From assembly GCA_964016885.1 (NCBI GenBank), contig OZ024741.1:340380001-340444000 (forward strand): 64,000 bases of DNA, given 5' to 3'. The notes under the pieces are model-generated. The model saw only the letters and a list, made by a program, of their open reading frames with translations. It searched no databases and was not told the origin of the DNA. Positions 13,590 to 25,059 of the stretch are shown here, piece by piece. Both the position numbers and the translations under genes were made by a program. Each line of letters starts with the position of its first letter. The first letter of the stretch is position 1. Source of the DNA: Eledone cirrhosa (taxonomy: Eukaryota).

Positions 13590-13590
<1 letters not shown>
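13256..13590. mobile_element. MITE with long degenerate TIRs
   Basis: ttcttagaaaatg.a.agaatcttgaa.gca versus tgcgttcaagattctttacattttctaagaa; inner IR ctgtacctctcaaa/tttgagaggtacag. Confidence 0.7.
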
Positions 13591-13621
<31 letters not shown>

Positions 13622-13769
13622 ATATGAAAAAGCACTATTTTAAAAAAATGAAAAAGCACTATTTAAAGATTATTTTTTCGTTAATCTGACAGAATAAATA
13701 TTCTTATAATTGTTACGTTAAATGTATTTAAGTTTTGTTAAATATTACTGGTTTCTATATGAAAATGAA

Positions 13770-14292
13770 AAAATGAAATATATTCTAGAAACACACCAAA
13801 TTATAAAAAGTAAAAGACAGCCCAAAACACTAAAACATATCCTTACTGGAGTAAAACCCACAAACAAATCCTCAGCCCCACTATTACAGAATGCGGAAGA
13901 ACAAACTGTGGTACCAGCTTATACTTAATTGAAGGACCAGAATTCAAATTTAAAGATGATAAACCTTCAGAATAAAAGAAAATTTCACCTGCAACTCAAA
14001 AAAATTAATCTATGTAATTAATCTATGTCCAAGCTGTAGATGTTTGCAAAATGACATAGGTCAGATGGGAGCATCATTATGTTAAAGAATGACTATATAC
14101 CACCAACTAATCCCAGATAAAAACATGAAACAAATCTATTTTAGCAGTCACATTGCAACATGTGCAGGATTAGACTTACCCAACTTCAAAATGTTCCCAC
14201 TCTACAAATACTCAGATTCTTTCACTCAACAACAGAGAATAAATAAAGAAAAACAATTCATTAACAAATATAAACCACAATTAAATATGTAA
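13770..14292 (+). mobile_element. Penelope-like element remnant (GIY-YIG endonuclease region)
   Basis: Broken frames read KRQPKTLKHIL, CGRTNCGT, ENFTCNSKKLIYVI..CPSC..DIGQ, SSHI..C, RINKEKQFINKYKPQLN. Confidence 0.8.
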
Positions 14293-15292
14293 TTGTCCCC
14301 CATTAGACAATAAATAATTGTTTCTACTTTTGGTACAAGGCCAGCAATTACCCAGTACATTACTGGTACTTTATTTCTCGTAAGGATGAAAGGCAAAGTT
14401 AACCTCAACGGGATTTGAACTCAGACCGTAAAGGGACGTAACTATGCTGGAAAGCATGGTGTGCGACCCTTAATGATGGGAATAGCCAATGACACACATC
14501 TGTAAGAAAACCTACGCATGTGTAACCACACGTACACCACAAGATAAAAGAAAAAGCCATAACTCCAAAGAAACCTTTTCTTTTTCTTGTAGAAAGAACT
14601 TATTTATCAAATGCTCCAAAAACCTGTTATTTGACAAATGTAATCCTCCCACACCCCAAGACCCCTTCCATATATGTATTTTTATTTACTTCTCTTAATT
14701 CTTTTATTCTTGCTTTTAACTGCAAATCCTAGAAATAAACTTGAACACTTGATACCCCATATATACACACATACAAACACACCACAAATTAAAAGGAAAA
14801 CTTTATATCCACTTTTAGCTATTTTTACCTGACACAATGAAACCATACCTAAATACATAAACATACACTATTGACAACAAAATGCCATCTGGACCTTTAT
14901 TCTGAATAGAAAAAGAACTATTTAAATGATAGAATTTTCTAGTTAATCAATTGAATCCTGACCTGTTGTACTCCACTTCCTCCTTCACCACCCTACCTTC
15001 ATAAAGAATGTATAAAAAGAGATTTTGAGAGAAAACTGACATATGTTATAACTGCCCACAGGATATGAGAACAAACTTTTTAAATATTTAATAAGATTGA
15101 CATACCAATTGAAACCAGTAATATTTGTGACAAAATTTAAATCCATTTAATGTAACAATTATGAAAATATCTATTTTGTTGGATTTAAATATACCTTTGT
15201 GCTTTTTCACTTAAACTTTATAACTCTAATCTTCGATTATAAGCAAAAGAGTAAAATTGAAAAGCACAGGGCTATATTTAAAGATATATACA

Positions 15293-15430
15293 CATAACCC
15301 ACCATTCCTGTATTCCAGTATCAACAATGTTTGACTATATCCCACCCTCCCAATATTTTGTTATCAATTATGTCTAACTATACACCAACATCCCTGTATT
15401 CCAGTATCAACAATGTTTGACTATAATTCC
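15293..15430. repeat. Local direct duplication
   Basis: cctgtattccagtatcaacaatgtttgactata occurs at ~15307 and ~15393. Confidence 0.8.
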
Positions 15431-15670
15431 ACCAACTCTTATTTCATTCTATCACACACTACAATTATTTACATCACTTTCTACACAATTAAATGGTCAT
15501 TTTACATAATTGCTTTAGCCTGATTTCTTCAGTAAGGTGTCATAGCTATGATTTTTGTCATGTTTGTATATTCATCTTTTTTATCAATGATTTTTGTGTG
15601 GATGGCAAGGGTTACGGACTGTACAGATGGTAGAGATGTGTCAGGAGTCAATAGATTAAAGTGTGTGTAT

Positions 15671-15702
<32 letters not shown>

Positions 15703-15711
15703 TTAAAAAAA

Positions 15712-16378
15712 TGGAGGCACATGGCTTAGTGGTTAGAGCAATCGAAAGGTTGTGAGTTCAATTCTCAGACTGGGTGATGTGTTGTTTCCTTGAGCAAGAC
15801 ACTTTATTTCACATTGCTCCAGTTTACTCAGCTGTAGAAATGAGATGATAGGGACTGGGGTCCATATCATTCCACTGCAAAGTGGTCGTGGAGGTGCCAC
15901 AGCAAAAAAGCACCCAGCACTCACTATAAATGAGGTTGGTGTTAGGAAGGGCATCCAGCTGTAGAAATCAAGCCAAAATCAATTACCGTCCCACCCTTGC
16001 AAGCAGGGAAAAGCGGACGTAAAATGAAATGATGATGATGATTTCATTTCATTTCATTTCATTTTATGTCCACTTTTCCCTGCTTGCAAGGGTGGGACGG
16101 GAACTGATTCTGGCTTGATTTCTACAGCTGGATGCCCTTCCTAACACCAACCTCATTTACAGTGAGTGCTGGGTGCTTTTTTGCTGTGGCACCTCCACGA
16201 CCACTTTGCAGTGGAATGATAGGGACCCCTGTCCCTATCATCTCATTTCTACAGCTGAGTAAACTGGAGCAATGTGAAATAAAGTGTCTTGCTCAAGGAA
16301 ACAACACATCACCCTGTTTGAGAATTGAACTCACAACCTTTCGATTGCAAACCCAATGCTCTAACCACTAAGCCATGT
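15712..16378. mobile_element. Two SINE family B copies tail-to-tail (15712-16040 +, 16042-16378 -)
   Basis: ~320-bp arms are reverse complements joined by gatgatg/atttc repeats. Confidence 0.9.
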
Positions 16379-16394
16379 ATATATACTTTGATAA

Positions 16395-17345
16395 ATCTGA
16401 TAGGTTTCGGCCAGTGTTGGCCAAGATCATATCTAACTTAATAGCACTACCTGGCTATATATTTCTTTTTTTTTGGGTGGGGGGGGATTGTTATGGCTGA
16501 TTCTTTATGGGAAATCTTTTTGGTGTAGTTCGTATGGCAGAGCTGTTTAGATCTTGGGAGAAGTTTTTATTTGATAGTTGTGGAGGAAAGAGCAATGTCC
16601 ATAACCTTCACAAGTCTTCTGAAACAGGAAAGATTGTATTGACATTATACTGAGTGGTTTCTGTCGGATTACAGTAGTAAAGATTCTTCTGGCTACGATA
16701 GAAGTTTATTTGTTGTTGTTCTTTTTTGCATTGTTTTGTTTTGTTTTTTTTTTACTGTGGGGAGAGGAACTTGTTTAAAGGTAGCAACAAAAGGAAGGTG
16801 GCTTTGAAAAATATATTTCAATAAAGTTTTCCAGTCAAGCTTCAAACGAGAAAGTATTTCTTAGTAACAACATGGTCAGGTGCTAACATACTTCATGTAA
16901 GGATCGAAGAGAAATTCTAATTAAATCACAATTACATCAAACAATCATGATCTTAATAACTGATTCTAGGGGAGAACAGAGGGAGACAACTCCAGAATTT
17001 AAATTAATTTGTAATCTCTGCTTTGGTAGAGTAGAATTATCTTTAGTAAAACTGGTGATATCATAGTATTTTAGGAGCAGTAGCTTATATCAGAGTATTT
17101 CTGTTGGAGGTGTTATGGTAAAGTCCTCTTAGTAAAGTTCTTACAACAGGTGAATATGTAGTGTTTTTGTTGTTTTGAACGAAACTTCTTGGTAAAACTG
17201 TTACAGCATGACAGGTGTTTTGATAGGAATATCCAACAGCAGCAGTTTCTTTGGTAGAATATGTAACACATTGCAAATAGTAAAGAAATCTCATCTGTTG
17301 TCAGGGCAGCCAACATCCTCATGATCAAAGAAAACCTACATTTCA
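16395..17345 (-). mobile_element. Highly decayed Penelope-like remnant
   Basis: Fragments resembling the PLE RT C-terminus/linker (IFSKPP-FVATFKQ) and a hammerhead-like GGCCA-ACAC-TGGCC-GAAAC at its 3' end. Confidence 0.4.
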
Positions 17346-17390
17346 GAAATGAACAGGAAACATATTTTAATATATTGTTATTCACATCAA

Positions 17391-17426
<36 letters not shown>

Positions 17427-17578
17427 GCACATACATCTGTGTGTCTGTGCATTGGTTTTGGACTCTATAGAGTGTATTGTGTGTGTTTTATCATGGCACT
17501 AGCAAGGTTGTTATATATATATAACAAATAGGATTTCGCTTCAAGCATAGCTTTATACAATATGTATAAATATTTTGT

Positions 17579-17766
17579 ATCTCCAAAGAAATACGGTTTT
17601 AGGAAGCCACAGGTATGCAAACACCGAGGCGGGGGGGGGGGGGGGGACTGTCATAACGATGGCCAGTTAAGCCTGAAATGCATAGACGGTTGTCCCCCCT
17701 GCTTCTGCTGGACATCACCAGTGTTTGCATAGCTATGGCTTCCTAAAACCGTATTTCTTTGGAGAT
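17579..17766. mobile_element. MITE with ~46-bp TIRs
   Basis: atctccaaagaaatacggttttaggaagcca.ag.tatgcaaacac versus gtgtttgcatagctatggcttcctaaaaccgtatttctttggagat. Confidence 0.8.
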
Positions 17767-17930
17767 TTCTTTGGAGATTTATATATATATGTATATTGAT
17801 GCCCTAAGGACAGACACTGGTCTGTTGGAGACGCAGGACATGGCAGCGATAATGAGGCTATTTCTCGGCTCAGTCCAAACGGCTTGAGCTCTGCCGTCAG
17901 GGTCCTGAACCTTTTCCTATATATATATAT

Positions 17931-19620
17931 TGAGATTGACGAATATAGGGAACAGGAGGCAATTAAGGAAATGAAGAATGGTAAGGCTGCTGAACCGTCG
18001 AGGATATTTTCTGAGATGCTGAAGGCATCAGGAGAAGTAGGCACTAAACTAGTTACACGCATCATTAATCAAGCTATATATGGTGGTGTCATACCCAAAG
18101 ACTGGTGCAGCAGTATTCTCATAAATTGCTACAAAGGTAAAGGGGATGCTCTAGAGAGGAGCAATTATAGGAGCATAAAGCTGATGGATCAGGTTATGAA
18201 AGAGAGAATATTAGCGCAACTGATTAGAGAAAGGGTCAAATTAGATGAGATGCAGTTTGGTTTTGTGCCTCAGAAAAGTACAACAGATGCCCTCTTCTTA
18301 GTGAGGCAACTACAAGAGAGGTTCTTAGAGAAGAATAAGCCACTATACTTAGACTTTTGTTGACCTAGAGAAGGCCTTTGATAGGGTACCCCGATCTGTC
18401 ATCTGGTGGTCCCTAAGGAAACTAGTGGAGAGGAATTGCTTGTGAGGACAGTGCAAGATATGTGCTGTCAGTAAAGTGAGAATAGGAATGGAGTTTAGTG
18501 AGGAATTCCAGATACAAGTAGGTGTACATCAGGGTTCGGTCCTCAGCCCGCTCTTGTTCATTATAGTCCTCCAAGCCATAACAGAGTAGTTTAAGACTGG
18601 CTGCCCATGGGAACTTCTCTACACTGATGATCTGATTCTTATAGCAGAATCAGTAGAGGAGCTAGAGAATACATTCTAGCTATGGAAACAGTAGATGGAA
18701 TCAAGAGGCCTGAGAGTGAACATAGCTAAAACAAAAGTGTTGATAAGAAGAAGAGAGGACAATACTCTGATTCCATTGGGGAAATGGCCATGTTCGATAT
18801 GTAGGAAAGGAACTGGCATAAATTCCATAAAATGTACGCAATGCAGATCTTGGGTACACAAGAGATGTAGTGGGATAGCAGGCAAACTAACAGGTAGGGA
18901 AAACTATGTATGCAGTAGATGTGCAGGGAAAGTTGGCAGTAGTAATCGCAGTAATAGACACATTTTTCCAATGCAGGTGGGTTCTATAGAAGTGGTTGAT
19001 AGCTTCCGGTACTTAGGTGATCAGATTAGCATGGGAGGGGGGTGTTCTGAGGCCATAGTATCTAGAATAAGGAAGGGTTGGAAGGAGTTTAGGCAGCTGC
19101 TTCCTCTGTTGACAAAGAAGAGTTTCTTCCTGCATACGAAAGGACGGTTATATGATGCCTCTATGAGATGCGCGATGCTGCATGGTAGTGAGACATGGGC
19201 AGCAACTGCAGAAGATATGCGACGGCTGGAGAGAAATGAAGCAAGTATGCTCCATTGGATGTGCAATGCCAATGTGCGTAAACGACCAAGCATTGACGAG
19301 TTGAGAAAGAAATTGGATATAAGAGGGATAAGTTGTAGTGTGCAGGAGAGAAGGCTGAAATGGTATGGACATGTGATGCGCATGGAGGATGACCGCTGGG
19401 TAAAGAAGTGCCAAGAAATCCCAGTAGAAGGAAGACGCAGTAGAGGTAGACCACGAAAAACATGGGCAGAGGTGGTGAGAGCAGACCTCAGATCGCTGAA
19501 ACTCACCAAGGAGATGACGAAGGATCGTGACAAGTGGCGAGATGCTGTGAATAGGACCCATCCAACCCTTGCAAGCAGGGAAAAGCGGACGTAAAATGAT
19601 GATGATGATGGTGGTGATGA
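17931..19620 (+). mobile_element. 5'-truncated, frameshifted RTE LINE family B
   Basis: KGKGDALERSNYRSIKL, QFGF, DLEKAFDRVP, VHQGSVLSPLLF, degenerate YTDD, PHD-like Cys cluster, [16 protein letters not shown]; (GAT)n tail; both ends abut (TA)n. Confidence 0.93.
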
Positions 19621-19646
19621 TATGTATGTATATGTATATATATATG

Positions 19647-19697
<51 letters not shown>

Positions 19698-19712
19698 ATA
19701 TATATATATATG

Positions 19713-19744
<32 letters not shown>

Positions 19745-19775
19745 TATGTATATTATATATATATATATATATATG

Positions 19776-19825
<50 letters not shown>
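19621..19825. repeat. (TA)n-rich microsatellite; similar tracts at ~7200, 9245, 12510, 13135, 36672, 41955
   Basis: Read directly from the sequence. Confidence 0.95.
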
Positions 19826-19827
<2 letters not shown>

Positions 19828-20269
19828 TCACCATTTAATGTCTATTTTATATGCGTGCATGGGTTAGACAGGTCATCACATTATAGGACAAGTTAGGTCA
19901 GCTGACCATGTCCTGCTCATATAAAACTCTTACTGGTTTGGTTTCTATGGCTGGATACCCTTCCTAATGCCAACCACATTACAGGGTGGACAGGATGCTT
20001 CTTTGTCATGTTGCCAGCATTACCACTTTACAACGTGGACTGGGCTTTTTGTTGTGTTACCAGCATGACCACCATTACAGGGTGGACTATATATGAGTGT
20101 ATATATATATATTTATATTTTAATGGTAAACATGTTGACTAATCAGGGTTGTGTATGCAACATACAAATCAGAGAATAGTGATGCAATTTGGTTCAATCA
20201 CTCAACATCATGTATTTTCTTCCTAATATGATTTGTTGGTCAGTGACAGAATATATGTAGAATAAGTAA

Positions 20270-22738
20270 CATGCAAAGTTTGGTGTGGATGTTTAAAAAT
20301 CTTTATTAACAAAGCTGTTAAATATTTCAATGGCTATTATGGTTACGTGATTGTTCAATCACGCGATATCCTCAGACAGCATCTTATGTAATAAGGTTAC
20401 GTTTCCGAGGCAATCCAATTTAAAGAATGTAATGGACAGAAATGATGTTTTCACCACCGAAGTCCGTTCCTTTGTGAACTTTAGTCCCACTTCACAGCTT
20501 TGCGCAGGTGTGGAGGTGGAGGACTGGCTGACTATCTGTCTATCAACCCTTCCTTGCAGCAGTCAGGGCCACAGAGACAAGCCAATCTCACATGCCCAAT
20601 CTCTCCCCACGATAGCTGTTGAGATATTACAGTCACAGTGTTCAATTCAGCCTAAGATGTTTTCAGTTTACTGCTAGGCTCTTGTCCATCAGATGCCAGC
20701 ACTAGTATATAAGAAATCCTGTAATGGCAGACTTGTACGTATTTCCCTGTCTACTACCACTATTTTATCAGAAATCCTGTTGTGGTAGGCATGTACCACC
20801 CCACCTAATACCACTATTTTATATCTCCTGTTGAGTGCTTTATGATGTATATGTTGAAGTGAAGGCCTCTGCTATCAGCAACCCCTGGAAATACCCGCAC
20901 CATGGGGTACTAAAGTATACCTATTGGATATTCTTGCGAGTGGACACACCTAACCTAACATATATACAGAGGACAAACTTTCAGCCGGAAGACTAAGAGG
21001 ATCAAAAACAAGTAAAACTTCTCATCTTCCTGCAATACTCTTTATTTCACATAGAACCTTGCAGCAAGATTCACCCATGGAACCTGACTTTTTCTGCCCT
21101 TTTCCCCTCATCGGACTGATAGACAGCTGGTAAATCTATATGTGGATTACCAGGACCTGCAGGATCAAAGCACCCATGGAACAACATACCAGTTTAGTAT
21201 ACCTGCAGCTTTAACACTGGGAATATATTATCTGAACTCATTATAACTCACCAACTCTTATCACCTTTATCCTGCATCGTTATTTGCCTTTTCAGTACCT
21301 TTCACTTATTTTTTAATTTTCTTCACTTTTTTCTTTTTTTTTTCACTGTTCATTTTTTGTTTTTTTCATTTTTACTTAATTGATTGACTGAGAGATTAAC
21401 CCTTTAGCATTTAAACCAGCCATATCCGGTCAGAATTCTCTCACCTCTTTCTGTTTAAACCGGCTGTAACCAGTTGCTCATTGTTCACAAAATAATAATT
21501 GTTTCTACTTTTGGCACAAGGCCAGCAATTACCCAGTGTATTACTGGTACTTTATTTTATCGACCCCGTAAGGATGAAAGGCAAAGTTAACCTCGGTGGG
21601 ATTTGAACTCAGAATGGCAAAGGCGGTAACTATGCGTCAAAGCATGGCATCTGACCCTCTACCGATACTGCCAATCCACCGCCGTTCATAAAATAAATAA
21701 TATCAAAATTTCATAGATTCAATATTATGTGAGATAATTATGTAGGATAAAGCATTTACCACGAAAATACAATAGTATATAGAGAGTAATGTAAATGCTA
21801 AAGGGTTAACTAAGTAATTAATTGTGACCTATTATGCTTTATATTTCTCTTCTATATTTCACTATTGATTCTTAGTATTTTACTATCTGGGTGTAATAGT
21901 TTCTCTTCCTATCTCGTGTACTTCATATAATAGGACTACTTAATTTTTTAACTTTCAATTGTTAATTGTTAGTTCTGATTATTTAATGTTCATTGTTTAA
22001 CCCTAATTTATAACACTATACATCTTCCCATTTATTTTATTTTCACTTTTATTTATTGTTTTATTTTTAAATGTTAATTCTGAAGTTTTAATTTTTTACT
22101 TTTCAATGAGAAATTCTAATTTCTAGACCCTAGCATTATTTTGTCTATCCACTTATGTTGGTGGGAAATTGAACAATAATTCACTCATCAATATAAGCTT
22201 TTGCAGCCAACGTGATGACATATGTTGTCCCACCATAAAATAGTGGTAGCAGGTGGGGAGATACATGCATGCCATCACAGGATTTCTGATATACTGGTGC
22301 TAGCATCTAATAGACTAGCAGTAAACTATAGATTCTTAGGCTGAATCGAACTCTGTAACTATTGTATCTCACTGGCTATGGTGATAGAGGCTTGGTATAT
22401 GAGATAGGCTTGTCTCTGCGGCTCTAGCTGCTTGCAGGGAGTGGGTGATAGACGGAGGGTCAGCCAGACCTCCACCGCCACACCTGCGCAAAGCTGTGGA
22501 GTGTGATTAAAGTTCACAAGGGAATGGTCTTCGGCTATGAAAACATCATGTCTGTCCATTCCCATGTCTTTAAATTGGATTGCCTCGGAAACGTAACCTT
22601 ATTACATAAGATGCTGTCTGAGGATATCGCATGATTGGTTATGTGATTGAACAATCACGTAGCCACAATCAACATTGAAAGATGTATCACAACTTTGTTA
22701 ATAAAAGATTTTTTAAACATCTACACCAAACTTCACAT
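20270..22738. repeat. Pair of ~500-bp diverged inverted repeats (~20270-20766 and ~22237-22738), LTR-like
   Basis: cgatatcctcagacagcatcttatgtaataaggttacgtttccgaggcaatccaatttaaaga is mirrored at 22567-22629; the right copy ends AATAAA...CTTCACA. Confidence 0.85.
21400..21805. mobile_element. piggyBac-type MITE with a nested SINE A
   Basis: TTAA|CCCTTTAGCATTT ... AAATGCTAAAGGG|TTAA; SINE at ~21496-21683 flanked by GTTCAYAAAATAA duplication. Confidence 0.88.
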
Positions 22739-23069
22739 TTTCCTCATTTTCTCTCTCTCCAAATTCAATAAACAAACCAGCTTTTTCCCGTCCTGAGGAT
22801 TGAAAGCAAAACCGTTTGCTTTTAAGAAACCACTGGTAAATGGAATAATTGCCTTATGTTGTTTATTACATAATAATAATATATATATATATATATATTT
22901 CTATATATATACATACATACACAGATCTTTGGCGCTACACAGTAATACAGAAAACCCGCCTTGCCTAAGTACAAAGCGAAACCTACAGTCAGTAGGCACC
23001 TCTTAATCAGTCCATCGCACTACCCCAACTCCCCCACCCCCATCAATACCACCCCTTTCTCTGTAAAGT

Positions 23070-23341
23070 TAACATCCAGTCCTAAATAAATGTGGTCGTG
23101 TAGGTGTCACGACAAAAAAACACACAGTCCACACTGTAATGTGGCCGTGTAGGTAACATGGTAAAAACCTCCCAATCCACACTGTAAACGTGGTTGGTGT
23201 TAGGAAGGGCATCCAGCCGTAGAAAACCTGCCAGACAGTCCCATACGAGTGAGATGACCAATCTTGCCTCAAGTGGGACAATTCCCGTCTAAACCCATGC
23301 TAGCGTGGAAGATAGATGTTAAATGATGATGATGATGATGA
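23070..23341 (+). mobile_element. RTE 3' UTR fragment
   Basis: ggttggtgttaggaagggcatccagc.gtagaaa...aacccatgctagcgtggaa...(gat)n. Confidence 0.8.
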
Positions 23342-24785
23342 TACACACATAAACATATACTCATATACATATATAAACACTGACCAGGGTGGACAGGTAG
23401 GCCTAAATGCAACAGAGTTACTGAGATTCCACCCAACAGTGGATGGAAAACTACTGAGTAGTATCTATATACATACTTTGTTTAAATAAATACCATTTTC
23501 TCAATATTACGATACATGTCAATGCATATATTGCACATGTGTGCAGTGAGACATAAACACACATGTAAGCCCATACACAAAAGCATATAATTGTTTCTAC
23601 ATTTGGCACAAGGCCAGCAATTACCCAGTGCATTACTGGTACTTTATGCATATAAAAAAGCATATAATTAAGCATACACATAAGCACATAAACACAAACA
23701 GACAAGCACATATCTAAGTACACATATACATATAAGCACAAGCACACAGACAGAAAAGCACCTATCCATATATGCACATACATAAAAGCACATATACACA
23801 GACAAGAACAAATCAAAACCCACATACAGGCACATACACACTGACGGGCAAGCATGTATCTAACCACACACATACATACACAGGTATAGGCAGACCACAT
23901 ACAGACATAAACAAAGTACATATGATTGCATGAATAATATTAATCTAATAACAATAATTATTTCTAATCTAGGCAAAAGGCCAGCAATTTGGGGAAAAGG
24001 AAAGTTCTTTATATCAACCCCAGTATTTTTGACTGGTACTTTAATTTATCCATTCCTGCAGTATGAAAGGCAAAAATTACCTTGGTGGGATTTGAACAAA
24101 AAATGCTGCAAAGCATTTCTTTCAATGCTCTAAGGCATCTGCCAATCCACCACCCTACGCCAGGTTGCTCTAGAGTACTACTGGTAACATATAATCCAGT
24201 ACAACCTGCTGCATGGTTGGCTTGTCAATGACTAAACCGGCAACACCACCAAGTTTGCTTGGCAAGGGAAGGTTTTTTTGGACATCTTGTGGGATGAAAA
24301 ACAAAACCCATCGAAGGGAAAAAGAACTCATGAGAGTCAATGGCCATCCAGTAGTGTGCATATATGCTTAATGGTAATGATGATGATAATGATAGTAATA
24401 CTAGTGGCAATGGTGGTGGTGGTGTTGGTGATAATAATAATAATAATAATAATGGTTTCTGATTTAGGCACAAGGCCAGCAATTTGGGGGGAAGGAAAAA
24501 TTTATTAAATTGACTTCAGTGCTTTATTTTATTGACTCCGTAAGGATGAAAAGCAAAGTCTGGCAAGATTTAAACTCAGAACTTAAACAGATGTAAAGTA
24601 TTTCGTCCAACACTTTACCGATACTGCCAATCCACAGCCCTTAATAATAATAATCATGGGTAGATGGGAGTCCCACATAAAGCTGAAATGAAAGCAAGGA
24701 AAAGGAAAATTCCAAAGTTGAACCAAATACCGAGTTGAAGTTTTGTGGGAATTAGCAACATCTCATGGGTGGAATGAGCTCTTAA

Positions 24786-25006
24786 CCCTTTAGCATTTGC
24801 ATTACTCTATATTTACTATTGTATTTTCATGGTAAAGGTTTTATTTTACATAATTATCTCACATAATATCAAATCTATGAGGTTTTGATATTATTTATTT
24901 TGAGAACAATACTCTAACATTGATACGAGTGGCTGTTACAGCCAGTTTGAACAGAAAGAGGTGAGAGAATTCTGACCCGGATACAGCTGGTTTTAATGGT
25001 AAAGGG
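24786..25006. mobile_element. piggyBac-type MITE, uninterrupted copy in opposite orientation
   Basis: TTAA|CCCTTTAGCATT ... AATGGTAAAGGG|TTAA; interior matches 21400-21805. Confidence 0.88.
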
Positions 25007-25059
25007 TTAAGTTATGGCTCTGACTATCATACTAGAGACAGTGTCTCAAAAAAACACTC

